Positions 28,282 to 42,529 of a DNA stretch of 64,000 nt are shown here, piece after piece; position 1 is the first letter of the stretch, and every line of letters begins with the position of its first letter. Source of the DNA: Octopus vulgaris (taxonomy: Eukaryota); NCBI GenBank assembly GCA_951406725.2, contig OX597837.1:15252001-15316000 (forward strand). The letters run 5' to 3'. The notes below the pieces were generated by a model. The model was not told the origin of the DNA and made no database searches. It saw only the letters and a program-made list of their open reading frames with translations. The position numbers and the translations under genes were made by a program.

Positions 28282-28841
28282 TTGTGTTAGTGCGCATGTG
28301 TGTTTCTAGGTGTGTCTGTGCTTGCATTGCTGCGCGTGTAATTCTGTTAATGAAACTGTGTGTGTGTGTGTGCGTATTGTTTAAGTGTGTATTGGTTCAT
28401 CTGTGGATGTGTTTGTGTGTGTCTATCTTTATGTATGTTGTGTGACAGTGTGTGTCTATGTGTTGTGTGTGTGTGTGCGTGTGTCAGTTTTGTGCTTCTG
28501 TGTGATGACCATCACCGAGGAACATTTTGTCCATTTAGACTAATGGGGGTAGGGTGAAGGTAGGGGTGGGGGTGGGGGAAAAACTAAACCTTATAATTTC
28601 TGCCTGTTTAATTTGTCAGATCGAAGTGTTTTAGTGCGCGCGCGTGTATATGTGTGTATGTGTATGCGTGTGTGTGCTTACATTTGTGAATGAATATTTA
28701 TATATGCATAGCATATGCGTACATACATACATATAAATGAATATATAAATATATATACATATTTATATATTCATATATGTATATATGCATATATATATAT
28801 ATACACATCATACGTTTATATATGTGGATATATATATAGGC

Positions 28842-28924
<83 letters not shown>

Positions 28925-28929
28925 TACAT

Positions 28930-28967
<38 letters not shown>

Positions 28968-28974
28968 GCATATA

Positions 28975-29006
<32 letters not shown>

Positions 29007-29328
29007 CATGTGCATAAACATGTATATACACCTACACGCACACATATATGTATGAATTTTCCTCTACATTTTCATCTGTCTGTCTGTTTGTCTTCTAGTA
29101 TGTCCGTCCATCTGGTTGGTCAGTTGGTTGGCTGGTTGTCCAATAATAAGCCAAGATTCGCTGCCAATGGAGGCGGCCATCTCTTCTAACTTTCCTCTCC
29201 TTCACGTCCGACTCTCTCCTCCGTCTGCTCTCCACTCGCTCGTCCAGCCTATATTTTTCCCTTTCTCTCTCTCTATTCACTTTTCTTAATTACTCCTTGC
29301 TCCCAAATCAGTGAGAGCATGCGCATGC

Positions 29329-29371
<43 letters not shown>

Positions 29372-29844
29372 CGACGTTGCTATTGTGATTGCTTTGGAAC
29401 GAAGCGTCTTCAAGAACAATAACTGACGGATAAATAATTATTTTAAAGAGCTCGGGAGCCACTAATTTAAATAGTAATAATAATGGTGCCAAATTTTGGC
29501 ACAGAAGGAGCAGTTCTTGAAGGTGGGGAAGAATTCGATTACATTGACCTCAGTATTTGATCGATAGTTATTCCAACATCTCTATTCTATGTTTCATGCT
29601 ACGGCTGACCGTAACCGTAAAAGGCAAAGCGCTCAAGGAAAAATTCAACGATGGGATGAAGGTGCCATCTTGGGCGGTAAGCTCTCTGAACACCTGCTGC
29701 AAGAGGCGCCCATCATTGTCACTTCTGTGCATAAGAGTGCAGTGGGACGGAAGACCCGTTTCTGTATTGCTTTAAGAGAAAAACCGGAGAGAAAGCATCG
29801 CTCGAAATCGAGTTGCAGCCATCGTGGATGTATGTGTGTATATA

Positions 29845-29879
<35 letters not shown>

Positions 29880-30699
29880 ATGTATGTATGTGTGTGTGTA
29901 TGTGTGTATGTATGTATGTATGTATGTATGTATGTATGTATGTATGTGTGTATGTATGTGTGTATGTATGTGTGTATGTATGTATGTATGTATGTGTGTG
30001 TGTATGTGTGTATGTGTGTATGTATGGATGCATGCATGTTTGCGTGCATACGTGTATGTATATTTATATATGAATGTATGTATGTGTGTACATGTATGCA
30101 TATACGTATGAATGTGTGTACTTATTCGATCGACCCTGGAACGACGAAAAGGTAAAGTCGACCTCGTTGGTATTTGAACTCAGAACGTAGAGCCAGACGA
30201 AATGTTGTTAAGCTAACGATTATGCCAGGTCGCCACCTTTCACTAATGAGGATAAAATCATTAATCTATCTTTTTATGTTACAAACGAATAATCATAATC
30301 GCCACAAAAAGTCAAAATATTTTCGACATTTTAAGTGCCTGCTTCGGGAATTGGAATTTATCTTGGAAATCATGCGTTGGAATATGTCCGGACGAAGCCA
30401 CCGTGTATGTTAAATTCTAGTCAAGGCTTTTTTGTATCACTCGTAGAATAACTAAGTGAAGATCTTGTTCGCACCCGTTGCGATTTTGACAAAGATGGTA
30501 TTAGTTTCAGAAACTTTATAAGCTGAGTCAAAGCTGGTATTTAATCAAATAATTAATTATATTAGTTGTTGGTTGTTATTAAAGTCATGAATTCGCAAAA
30601 CGAGCGATTACTTCGACACACAGAAGTTATACATGGCTTTCAAAATGTATGACGAATACACATTAACTGCAGAAAAATGAATTGGATTTCTTGAAGAAA

Positions 30700-30945
30700 G
30701 TTAAGCAGTTTGTTTTGCTATCATGTTGCGGGTTCAGTCCCACTGAACGGCACCTTGGGCAAGTGTCTTCTACTTCATATAGTCCCGGGTTGGCCAATAT
30801 TTTCTGAATGAACTTGGTGAATGGAAACCGTGGAAGATTGTCGTATATCTGTTTGTTTGTTTGTGTGTGTGTGTTGAACCAAAAACCCTTCAAGGTGGTG
30901 CCCCAGCATGGCCACGGTCCACTGACTGAAACAAAATAAAAGATA
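30700..30945 (+). mobile_element. SINE family B, internally deleted
   Basis: GGGTTCAGTCCCACTG..GCACCTTGGGCAAGTGTCTTCTACT and CCAGCATGGCC..GACTGAAACAA tail. Confidence 0.75.
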
Positions 30946-31626
30946 ACTCTGAGAAATATGTATGGAGCAAACTTCCGAATTCCGAATTTGCCCTACACTG
31001 AAGAATCTACCGATATCATCAACAAAGGACATAATTTACTTGAATCTATTCCTCTTATTGGTTGAAATAAAATCATTAGACAGTTTTTGTTTTTGTTTTG
31101 TTACAAAGGAATGTCCAACACTGAAAGGAGTCAAAAATATTTCCGACATTTTAACTGCCCACCTCAGAAATCGGAATTTATCATGGAAACATGTGTTGGT
31201 ATATATACTGATGAGGGCACCGTGTATGGTTAGGCTCGGGATAAAAAGGTTTTTGAATCACTCGTAGAAAAACTGTACGCCGCCCCTGCTTTTTACATAA
31301 AGAGGTATTAATTTCAAACACAGCACAAGTTAAAGCTAGTATTAAACCAAATAGTTAATTACATTATAAGTAGACCATTAAAGTCTTGGAGATTTTAACA
31401 AATATGCCTTGAAATAGAATTACACGAACGTGCGATTACTTTTACATTATTTGGCTTTCAAAATATATGTCGCGTACTTGAACTGCAGAAAGAATTAATC
31501 GGTTTTCTTGGAGAAGATAAGCATGAAGAATTTCATGAGTGTCTTCGATAAAAAGTTTTGGATCCTTAAGCAAGAACATTTTACAGAAATATTTGCTCAT
31601 CGTAATATTAAGAACACACAAAAAAA

Positions 31627-31952
31627 GGCGGAGATCTGGCAGAACTGTTACCGCGCCGGAAAGAATGCATAACTGCATTTCTTCCGTCTTTATGTTCTGA
31701 ATTCCGATACTCTCGGGGTCGACTTTGCTTTCCATCTTTTTGTGGTCGATAAGATAATTACTAGCTGTACACTGGGGGGTCGATGTAATTGACCGACCTA
31801 TTTCCCCAAATTGCTGGCCCTGTGCCAAAATTTGAAACTAAAAAGAACGGCGAGCTGGCAGAATGGTTAGCACACCCTGGCATAATGCTTGGCGGCGGTC
31901 TTTCTGTCTTTACGTTCAGAGTTCAAATTCCATTGAGGTCGATTTTGCCTTT
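31627..31952 (+). mobile_element. Two adjacent decayed SINE family A copies
   Basis: GGCGG..CTGGCAGAA heads at ~31627 and ~31848, each followed by GTCGA(C/T)TTTGC blocks. Confidence 0.7.
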
Positions 31953-33637
31953 TATTCAAAATACTTTTGTAAATGATGAAGAATTGATTAAAATAGCATC
32001 GTCGTTGTAAAGCCAGAGTTTGGAACCCAAGTCAATATGGAGTTTTGATGGAAGATTTTGCTTCAGATTATTTTAAAACCTGAAGTTTATAAAGCCAGGG
32101 ATGGTCTCGTGCAGGTTGGTATCAAAAGGGATGAAGGCTGCAGAGTGTGATTTCAGGGAATTTTGCGACTATTTCTAGCAGGTCGAGCGACCACGTGGAG
32201 ACTTTATATTTGCTTTTATCGTATTTTCTCTTCTTTTTAATTTAATAAGTTTAGAAACCATTTCAAAAGACTATAAATAGATTTAATTCAATTCGCAGAA
32301 AATATAGCTGGCGTATGTGAATTGAACGCTTGGGACGTGATTTTCTGTGTAATTATTTATATTTATATAAATTTCTGGCCCACGCAAGTTTTTCACCTAG
32401 GTAAGAAATTATTACATTTAACATGGGAGAACCGTTTGAATCGATATTACGGAGATGTGTATAGCAAGTGTCTTAATCTGAGGTCGTGGACGGAAAGCAA
32501 TTGCAGCGTGGAATACTCAAGTTAGCCGTTCAGAAAGACACGATGGCTGTCAACTTTGCTTAAACAGATGCAGCACAAATGTTTTTGGCAGCGAACAGGT
32601 CGCAGTTTCGAGCGAAGAAAATTTTGACAACATTTTACAAATAAATGTTTGAGTGAAGTTAATGGCCTCTGTTTGTTTCTGAATGATTAACTAATGGCTT
32701 CTACACTGCAATCGCGTTGGACAAACAGACAGAAAGACAGGCAGTAAATATATATATATATATTAATTTAAATATTTTAATTTGGAATTTTATATTTTAT
32801 ATTTTTTATATTTATATTTTATATATTATATTAATTTTATTTCTATGTATTGGTTTATGATTTTCACTGTTTGATTTGCCTAATAGTGGTTTTATCTCTA
32901 ATTTAATATAATATACATACGTATATATGTATTTATATATATGCATATATATATACTAACACAACGGGCTTTCTCACAGTTTTCGTCTACCAAATTCACT
33001 TGCAAGGCATTGGTGTGCTGGGGGTTGCAGCAGAAGGGACTTGCCAAAGCTACCACGCAGTGGGACTGATCTTGAAACCATGTGGCGACAAAGGGAGCTT
33101 ATGTGAATGTGGGTGTAGATACATGTGTGGACACATTGTTGACGTTAATCCACAAGAAATGGAAATTAAAACAAAATTATACAAAAAAATATGGATTGTC
33201 CTTAAATATGATTTTACGGTCAAGAGATATTATTAGTGTTGGCAGGTGTAGTGGTGGTCCGATATGGAGTGGGGCAGAACAAGATGAGATGGCAATCGTA
33301 ATCTTCTCAGATCCAAGTAGGTCTGAAGTACGTTGCTATAGAAACAGGTCAAGTGTATATTGGTTTCGGTGCATATCAGCCGCCTTCCCCCCACCTCCAT
33401 TCCCAGTGTCCACCCAAACAGCCACCCTCTTCAAAACCACTTTTACGGTTGGGTGGCAGAGATAAAAGTCAGACATTCATATTGATCGTTCTAGAGTTGT
33501 TGCTGTTGTTGGTGGCGGTGGCGGTGGCGGCGATGGTGCTTAGCCTCCTCAGGTTAACCGTGATTTAGAATACCTATGATCAAAGGCGTTCCACACATGA
33601 GCACCTCATCTTTTATCTAGACATAATTCATTGAGAA

Positions 33638-34281
33638 CAGCGGATCTCAACTGGGGTCCATATGGCCCCTTGCGGGGTTCATATAAGATTTTCTTGTTGA
33701 GGTTTATCTGCGACAAATCGGTAATATTTCCACAATAGGCAAAATATAAAAATTTTTTAAAAATAAATTTCCTAATCTCTCTCTATATAAAGCTGAAGTT
33801 GTCTGTGTATGGCAGGTTTGGTAGCCTTCAACTAACACTATCTCCTCCGAGACCCTGCGGCGCAAGTTGACCAAAATTGAAAGTATGATAGAAGAAGGCT
33901 TGCTCTTCCATCCTTAGAAGAAAAAATTCAAATCGGACCATGTTAACACCAAAAATTATTTACATCAAAAAGGTGCTCTTTTTCTATGAAAATCCCTATT
34001 TCTTACGATTCTTTGACTGCTGTGTCGCCATTTCTCGGTGTATTTCAACCAGAAAAATGTTCCCTTAAAGAGAATAACAAGCTACATAATGCAAAATTTT
34101 TACTTTTCAAAAATTCCAATTCTAAAGGGTCGAAACAAACCCGAGCAACGCCGGGCGATACTGATAGTAATATTTAATTATAAAAACACAAGATTTCTTT
34201 AAACACTGAGTGGCTATGAGGGTCCACCGGGGTAACATAGGAATCAAAAGTCCATAGGAGAAAAATGGTTGAGAACCACTG
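33638..34281. mobile_element. hAT/Charlie-like MITE interrupted by a Helitron
   Basis: TIRs CAGCGGATCTCAA / TTGAGAACCACTG; degenerate 8-bp TSD ATTGAGAA/ATGAAGAA; uninterrupted paralogue at 50737-50979. Confidence 0.75.
33776..34167 (+). mobile_element. Non-autonomous Helitron (392 bp)
   Basis: 5' TC(TC)nTATATAAAG start, subterminal hairpin CCCGAGCAACGCCGGG, 3' end ATAG (CTAG variant), inserted between A and T with no TSD. Confidence 0.8.
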
Positions 34282-35514
34282 ATGAAGAACTACACCATCC
34301 AATATATCGGTCATTCTCTTTTTATGAAGGTATGGTGTGAATTGAGTGAGATTTGGTTATTATTTTTAGCAGTTTGACAATTACTTATAGGTTTCCTCGC
34401 TGGTTCGAGGGTGATAGATTTCTTTCTTCGTTATCGCATACCTTGTTGTCAGCTGGCTATGCTATATCTATGATTCAGCATAGTTTTTTTTTTTTTTATC
34501 TCAATTAAGACTATGTCCGGTTCCTGTTCTCTATCTCATGGTCCCACTGAATCATAAAATACCATAGGATCTTTGCATTATCATTTTCGACGACGCCTTC
34601 AGGTTTGTGGTCGCACCAATTTTTTGCTCTGTCATATCCATACTTGTTGCAAAAGTGTCCAATGGACAAGCCTGGCTATATTGTCGTGGCGTCTCTTATA
34701 TTCCTCCTGCGCTAGTGGCGTACATTGGCTGGTGATATGCCGATAGAATAAGTACGAGACTTAAGAAAAAACGAATAAGTCCAAGGGTTTATTTGTTCAA
34801 CGAAGCAGTTCAAGGCAGTGCTCCAGCATGGCAGCACTCTATTGATTGAAACAAGTAAAAAAAAAAAAAAAAGAAAATGTGTTCTTACCATTTTAGAATT
34901 CCAGTAACTTGTTAAATAAAAACAAAATGTCGTGATTTAGGTTCAATGTAATTTCCGTGGATATTTATTTTCCTCGTAGGCTTGGCTGTGTGGTTAATCT
35001 GTTCGCTTCACAACCATGTGATTTTGGGTTCAGTCCCATTGCGCTGCATCTGGGGCAAGTGTCTTCAACTATAACCCTGAGCAGGCGAGCCAATGCCTTG
35101 TGAGTCCTAGACGCTTTTCTGCTATGATGGACGATTTCCTTGCAAACTTTACTGCTTCCGATTGACAATACCTCTCCTTAAAAACTGTTTTGCTTTAGTT
35201 TAATACTCAACGAGAGAAACAATTGTTGGCTTTGTAAGGTGAATTCAGCAATTAAAGATGGGATTTTCTCTATCAATGTTTTTGGCGTGTAATATCCTTA
35301 ATTTCTTGAAATTCTTCACCACTATTTTCCCCACACAGTTTCTGGCTCCCTAAATTCGCTCGTGAGATTATTGGCTCACTCAAAATACTTGCCCAAGATT
35401 TTCTGCACAACGAGACTGAAACCGAAACCAAGTGGTTGCATAGTGAGCTCCTTAACCACACAACCAAGCCTGCGCTTATACATGTGTGTGTGTGTGTGTG
35501 TGTGTGCGTGAGTA

Positions 35515-35559
<45 letters not shown>

Positions 35560-35763
35560 TTTCCAGTTTCGTGAGCTTACGTGAAGCTATTGATCTTTCT
35601 CTTGCTTTCCTCTTTTCGCAGCCATTTTATTGTTTTCTTGTTTCCTTTCCTACCTCTGTCTATGTTAGTCTTCTCTCTCTCTTTCCTTCTCTCTCTTCTC
35701 CTCCTCTCTCTCTCCTATCTCCTATCTCCTCTCTGTCTGTCACTCTCTCTCTATATATATATA

Positions 35764-35990
35764 TATCTTTCACTCTTCCCCTTCTGTGGTTCATTGACCC
35801 CTCTTCTCTCTCTCTCTTTCTTTCTCTCTCTCTCCTCCTCCTCCCCCCTCTCTCTCTCTGTATCTTTCACTCTTCCCCTTCTGTGGTTCATTGACCCCTC
35901 TTCTCTCTCTCTCTTTCTTTCTCTCTCCTCTTCCTCCTCCTCTCTCTCTGTATCTTTCACTCTCCCCCTTCTGTGGTTCATTGACCCCCC
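35764..35990. repeat. Three ~90-97 bp tandem units with a conserved 38-bp core
   Basis: TATCTTTCACTCTTCCCCTTCTGTGGTTCATTGACCCC at 35764, 35861 and 35951, separated by related CT-rich sequence. Confidence 0.9.
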
Positions 35991-36972
35991 CCCCCCCGCT
36001 CTCCTCTCACTTCTACTTATTTCGGTTTCCCGTCGTTTTAGAATAAAGTGGAAGGATTTAAGTGGCTGAAATAAAACCAGGAGGTGGCATGCAACAAGTC
36101 GGCGGCGGCGGCGGCGGTGGTGGTGGTGACGGCGGTTGTGCTTGTGCAGATAATGTGGTGGTGGTGGTGGTGGTGTTGGAGGTGGCCGAGGAGAAGACTG
36201 GGTGTGTGTGTGTGATGGGGGGGAGGGCAATAGACGTGAATAGACGTGGGTTAGTGAATGGGTTAAAGTACGGAGTGGTTATTTAGGAGAGAGAGAAAGA
36301 AAAAGGTGGCGGGAACGGTGACGAAGGTGGTGGTGGTGGTGGCAGTGAAAATGTAGTTTCTGGAAGAGGGAGGGAGGGAAGGGTGGGGGCAATGTTGCGA
36401 TGTGATTTTGTTGTTGTTGTTGTTATTGTTGTTCCGTTTCTTTCCCTCATCTTTTATGTAAAACCCATTCCACACACAAATTTCTAGGCTCTCCTTGGGT
36501 TGTCCCCTCTGCTCTGCCCCTGTGGCAAATAAAAACAAAACCAACAAATGATTATTGTTGCCATTCTTGTTCTTTACATCCAAATCCTAAATAAACATAC
36601 ATTTGGTCAAAAGCGTTCCAGCCATGACAATCCCGTCCATGTTCAACATACTACCGTCATGTTCTTAAGAATGAAATCAACCTCTCTGTCTATATATCTA
36701 CCCTCTTTGTAATGTTGGCAGATGAAATAGGGATAAGAATGTGCATTGTCCGTTTAATTGGAAAATACTATATGTGGCTGAAGATTGCTCGACATTTTAA
36801 AACTGATGTAATACTTAAAGTGTTTAATAAAACGAAGTAGCATGAAACGATTGTACTACACTACCTTGGATATCCTTGTTGCTTATTTTGATTATAATCA
36901 ACCCGTTTGATTTACATGGATAATACCATACACAATTCTGGTTGCCTTTAACTTAAGTACCATATTCATCTG

Positions 36973-37137
<165 letters not shown>

Positions 37138-37157
37138 TCCGGTGGCTGGACTATTTT

Positions 37158-37550
37158 AGGAATGGCTGTGTGGTAAGTAGCTTGCTTACCAAGCACATGG
37201 TTCCGGGTTCAGTCCCACTGCGTGGCACCTTGGGCAAGTGTCTTCTACTATAGCCTCGGGCCGACCAATGCCTTGTGAGTGGATTTGGTAGACGGAAACT
37301 GAAAGAAACCTGTCGTGTGTGTGTGTGTGAGTGTTTGTATGTCTGTGTTTATCCTCATCACCATCGCTTGACAACCGATGTTGGTGTGTTTACGTCCCCG
37401 TAACTTAACTGTTCGGCAAAATTGACCGATAGAATAAATACTAGGCTTATAAAGAATAAGTCTTGGGGTCGATTTGTTCGATTAAAGGTGGTGCTCCAGC
37501 ATGGCTGCAGTCAAATGCCTAAAAGAAATAAAAGAATAAAGGAAAAGAAT
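37158..37550 (+). mobile_element. Full-length SINE family B
   Basis: TGGCTGTGTGGTAAG A box, GGTTCAGTCCC B box, CCTTGGGCAAGTGTCTT CORE-like block, internal (TG)n and an A-rich AAAAGAAT tail. Confidence 0.9.
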
Positions 37551-37553
37551 ATA

Positions 37554-37916
37554 TTCTTTTACTTGAATCAGTCATTTGACTGCGGCCATGCTGTAGCACC
37601 GCCTCAAAAGGTTTTAATCGGAGAAATCGACCCCAGGATTTATTCTTTGTAAGCCTAGTACTTATTCTATCGGTCTCTTTTGCCGAACCGCTAAGTTACG
37701 GGAGTCGTAAACACATCAACATCGGTTGTCAAGCTATGGTGGTGGGAACAAACACACACACGAATATATACAAATATATACAACAGGCTTCTTTCAGTTT
37801 CTGTCAACGAAATTCGCTCACAAGGATTTGTAGTAAGAAGATGCCACGCAGTGGGACTGAACCTGGAACCATGTGGTTGGGAAGCAAGCTTCTTACCACA
37901 CAGCCACGCCTGCGCC
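37554..37916 (-). mobile_element. SINE family B, tail-to-tail with previous copy
   Basis: Reverse complement of the same family with a small internal deletion. Confidence 0.9.
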
Positions 37917-37917
37917 T

Positions 37918-37948
<31 letters not shown>

Positions 37949-38700
37949 CATACATTCATATGTATATATATATGTATGTGTGTATGTATGTGTGTATGTG
38001 TGTGTGTACGTAGTGGGATGAAGTGATGGTTAACACGAGCGGAATAATCTACAAGTTTATGACTGAAATCTCCCCCCCCTCGCCCCTTGATATAGCCTCC
38101 TCCTCCCCCTCCCCACTTTTTTGTCCTCGCCCTTCCCTATTCGCCCTCTCACCCCCTCTCTCTCTCTTTCTCTCTTTCTCTCTTTCTCTCTCTCACTCCT
38201 ACTATTCTATTCTTTCTCTCTTTCCACTACTTTTCTTTCCCCTTTCCAATTATATACATCCATTCACTCACCTATACACACACACACATACATACATACA
38301 AATATACATACACACATACATACACACACACACATACATGCACACACACACACATACATACACACATACACACACACATACATACATACATACATGCACA
38401 CACACACATACATAAAACATACACTCACACACACACACATACATACACACACACACACATACACACACACACACACACATACACACATACACACACACAT
38501 ACATACATACATACATACATGCACACACACACATACATAAAACATACACTCACACACACACACATACATACACACATACACACACACATACATACATACA
38601 TACATGCACACACACACATACATAAAACATACACACATACGTACATCCATACATGCTTACACATACATACAACTACCTTTATATGCGTGTATTCATGGAT

Positions 38701-38732
<32 letters not shown>

Positions 38733-38747
38733 ACACACACACACACT

Positions 38748-38823
<76 letters not shown>

Positions 38824-38847
38824 CAACACTCGGTCTTCTGTATTATA

Positions 38848-39204
38848 CAGGCGTAGCTGTGTGGTAAAATGCTTGCTTCCCAGCCATACGGTTCCGGGTT
38901 CAGTCTCTATGCGTGGCACCTCAGGCAAGTGTCTTCTACTATGGATCCGGGCTGACTAAAGCCTTTTGAGTGGATTTGGAAGACGGAAACTAAAAGAAGC
39001 CCGTCGCATTTGTGTCTCCACCACCGCTTGGCAGACGGTGTCGGTTTGTTTGCGTTCTCGTGACTTAGCTGATCATCAAAAATAGAAGAATAGAATAAGC
39101 GCCAGGCTTTAAAAAAAAATGGACCGGGTGACGATTTGTTCGCTTCAAGTTCTTCAAGGCTCTTCTCCAGCATGGCCGCAGTCTGAAGATTGAAACAAGC
39201 AAAA
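38848..39204 (+). mobile_element. SINE family B
   Basis: Same head, core and tail blocks. Confidence 0.85.
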
Positions 39205-39459
39205 CACACACACACACACAGGTTCACAGATACATGCATACATACATACACACGCACGTATACTATGTGTGTGCGTCTACGCATTTGATACTCACAAACA
39301 CGCACTCATATGCATATATATATATATATACACCAGAGTAAGCAGATAAATATGAAACACGCTGGAAAAATAGTACTCGAATACCAGAGGTAGAGTAAAT
39401 ATGCTTTATTAATAATATTGTGATGTCTTTGCAACTTTATATAGTATACAGTATGTATG

Positions 39460-39499
<40 letters not shown>

Positions 39500-40920
39500 T
39501 ACATATATATATATGTGTATATATATATATATATATGTGTGTGTATGTATGTATGTATGTATGTATGTATATATATACACATGTGTGTGTGTGTATGTAT
39601 GTATGTATGTATGTATGTATGTATGTATATATATACACATGTGTGTGTGTATGTATGTATGTATGTATGTATATATATATATATATACATATACACACAC
39701 ACGTGTGTGTTTACGTATTTCTCTCTTTTCCGAAATTTTATTTTCTCCAATCATCTTCCTTCCCTTTCCCCCCCCCCCTTCCCCCTCTTCCTCCCCCGTC
39801 CCCCCTCTCACCAATTTCCACTTCCATTCTCTTCCATCTCCCCACTCGCCCCACCCCACCCCACCGAATTCTAATGTGAATTTTATTTATTTATTTATTT
39901 ATTACTTCATTCATTCGTTCTCCCCCCTTTTACTCTCCCTCTCTCTCCCCCTCACTGCCCCCTCCGCCCTTTTTTCCACCCCCACTCCCCTACCATCACT
40001 AAACCACCTTTAGCTTTTATTCGCTCACCCCCTCTACCACCCCGTCACCTTCCTTCCTCGTTTTTCCTCCTCTGTTCCTCGTCTTCAACCAGTCGTTTCT
40101 TATCGTTCGCTTGCATCACACTCGGCTATTTTTCTCGCTGCACCTTTAGCCCAGGTAACAACAACAACAACAACAACGACACTGTCACACACGAATTTAA
40201 CGAAGAAGCGCACAAGTTGGTCGCTTGCCTTGCTAGAAATAGCAACCAAATTCCTCTACAGTCACAACTCCATCGTCTTGAAACAGAAGAACACGTTGGA
40301 TGGACGTAATGTTGCGCTGGTTTCACTACGTATAAGAGAAAAAGATGTGATGGTCATGACTGGATTGCTTTTAGCCCTTTAAATCTGCCCAGAGTTGACT
40401 CGTCCCTAAACATATAATACACACTCATACAAGTACGTACATAAATACATGCACACACACACACACACATACATGCATACACACACACACGAACACGAGC
40501 CAATGACGAGCTTTCTATAGGGTCACTCAACTTGCTAAAAACAGCAGTCAAATCTCTCTCATATCTCACACTTTAACTGTCTGAAAATAATAAGAAAAAC
40601 AAGACATTGGATAATGCATGAAAAAAGACAGGATGGTCATTGATGGAACATCTTTGATCCTATATCTGATCGAGCCTGGGGCTAAACAATAACAATAGCA
40701 ACCGCAAAAGAAAACCCCCAGAAAATCCCTCCTTTTTTGCTTTTCCATTCAAGCACCTCCTAACCCTTGCACCGCCCTCCACCAATACTCCTCCTCCCTC
40801 ACTCACTCACATACATTGTATTGAAGTTGTTTTTTGTTTTTTTTGTTGTTATCCAAACGTGCCATCTTCACAAATGCACCCGACACAAACCCAAACATAA
40901 AGATTTGTACGTGCTGCTCC

Positions 40921-40980
40921 GTCCGCCCGTCCGCCCGTCCGTCCAATCGTCTGTCCGCCCCACAGCAGTCCCTCAGTCAA
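40921..40980 (+). promoter_or_regulatory. Candidate Notum core promoter
   Basis: Three CCGCCC GC boxes (40923, 40931, 40955), CCAAT (40943) and an Inr-like TCAGTC (40973) in a GC-rich island ~1.55 kb upstream of the ATG. Motif inference only. Confidence 0.35.
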
Positions 40981-41530
40981 AACCGTTTGTCGTTTACAAG
41001 TGTCTCGGGCGGTCTGTCGTCGAAATATATCGAACGTTGTGACACCACCACCACCACCACCACCACCACCACTAACAACAACAACAACAACAGCCACAGC
41101 AATTGCAACACCAGTAACAACAACAACAGCAGAAGGCAGACGTGAACTAACTTCCTGAAATATTTCGTCTCCCCCCCATTCACATCGCAACCCACGCCCC
41201 GATTTAAACACAGACACCACAACGCAACACAAGGCTGGTTCGCGCGGGTCCGTCCGTCCGTCCGTCCGTCAATCGTCGTCTGTAGCAAAACAGCAGCTAC
41301 AACAACTAGCATAACAACAACAACAATACCACAGCAAGCAACAGCTCTGCGAAATAACTACCTGAAGTATATAAATAATATCACCTCTCTCTCCGCCCCA
41401 CAGCTCCAGTAGTGAGGTGTCCCAGTGGAGATGAAAGCGATAAGGACGTGTCATTGCTGAACACAACCCATGTGAAAGACACACACACACACACACGCAA
41501 ATACGTCCCGTCTCTCTCTCTATCTCTCTG

Positions 41531-41566
<36 letters not shown>

Positions 41567-41742
41567 CCACATATATATATATTCGTATATGTATAGATAC
41601 ATATACAGAGGCAAAGAGTTAATAGTCGCAACAGGCAGAGAAGAAATGTTTGACTTTCGTGGAAGGACAGAGACGTTAATAGTTATGATGATGATGGCGG
41701 AGGTGTTAAAAGAAACCTCTATAGACACATAGTAACTCATAT

Positions 41743-41779
<37 letters not shown>

Positions 41780-42062
41780 TATGTATCAGTCTTTCCCTCT
41801 CTAAATCTCTTTCTTTCCTCCTTTCTTTCTTTCTTTCCTTCGTCCTCTCTGTCTCTCCCTTTCTTTCCTTCGCTTTCCCTATGTCAACTTCTGTCTCACA
41901 CAACTTGGCAATGGATACTGACGCACGCATCGCCGCATTCACAAACATTCACAAAATTACACAGAGAAAAATGTTCACGGAAATCACGCATAAATGCACG
42001 CACACATCACTAACTATGATAAACACATACATATATACACACGCACTTTGATCTATCCATCC

Positions 42063-42129
<67 letters not shown>

Positions 42130-42529
42130 ATCTGTATATCTGTATATATATATATATATATATATTGGCGCACACGCGGGTGTGTATACATACGAACATC
42201 ACGTGCGCATATCACTATATAAATTTCACAACACACACACGTGTATCTACATTCATTCATACAGGTAACCACAACACAAGTTTTATTCATACACATATAC
42301 ACACACACATACATACATACAGACAAACAGACATATATTATGTATATACATATATATATACGTAACGTTATGTTGTTACTTTTATCGCGATCCACGCGCG
42401 GTTCTCATATGTGAAGATAATCGACTGGCTTGTCACTCACCCGTTATCTACCCGTCCATCATTTTGTATGTCTGACCACTGTCCATCGGGAAAAGAAGAA
42501 AAAGAAAAAAGAAAAAAAGTAGAAAGACG

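Noticed and set aside
29589-29830. Non-repetitive ORF start with a GTAAGC donor-like site
   Set aside because: No recognisable domain or clear acceptor, and it runs into microsatellite.
35764-35990. 38-bp repeats with spacers, superficially CRISPR-like
   Set aside because: The spacers are related low-complexity CT sequence, there are no cas genes and the context is eukaryotic: a minisatellite.
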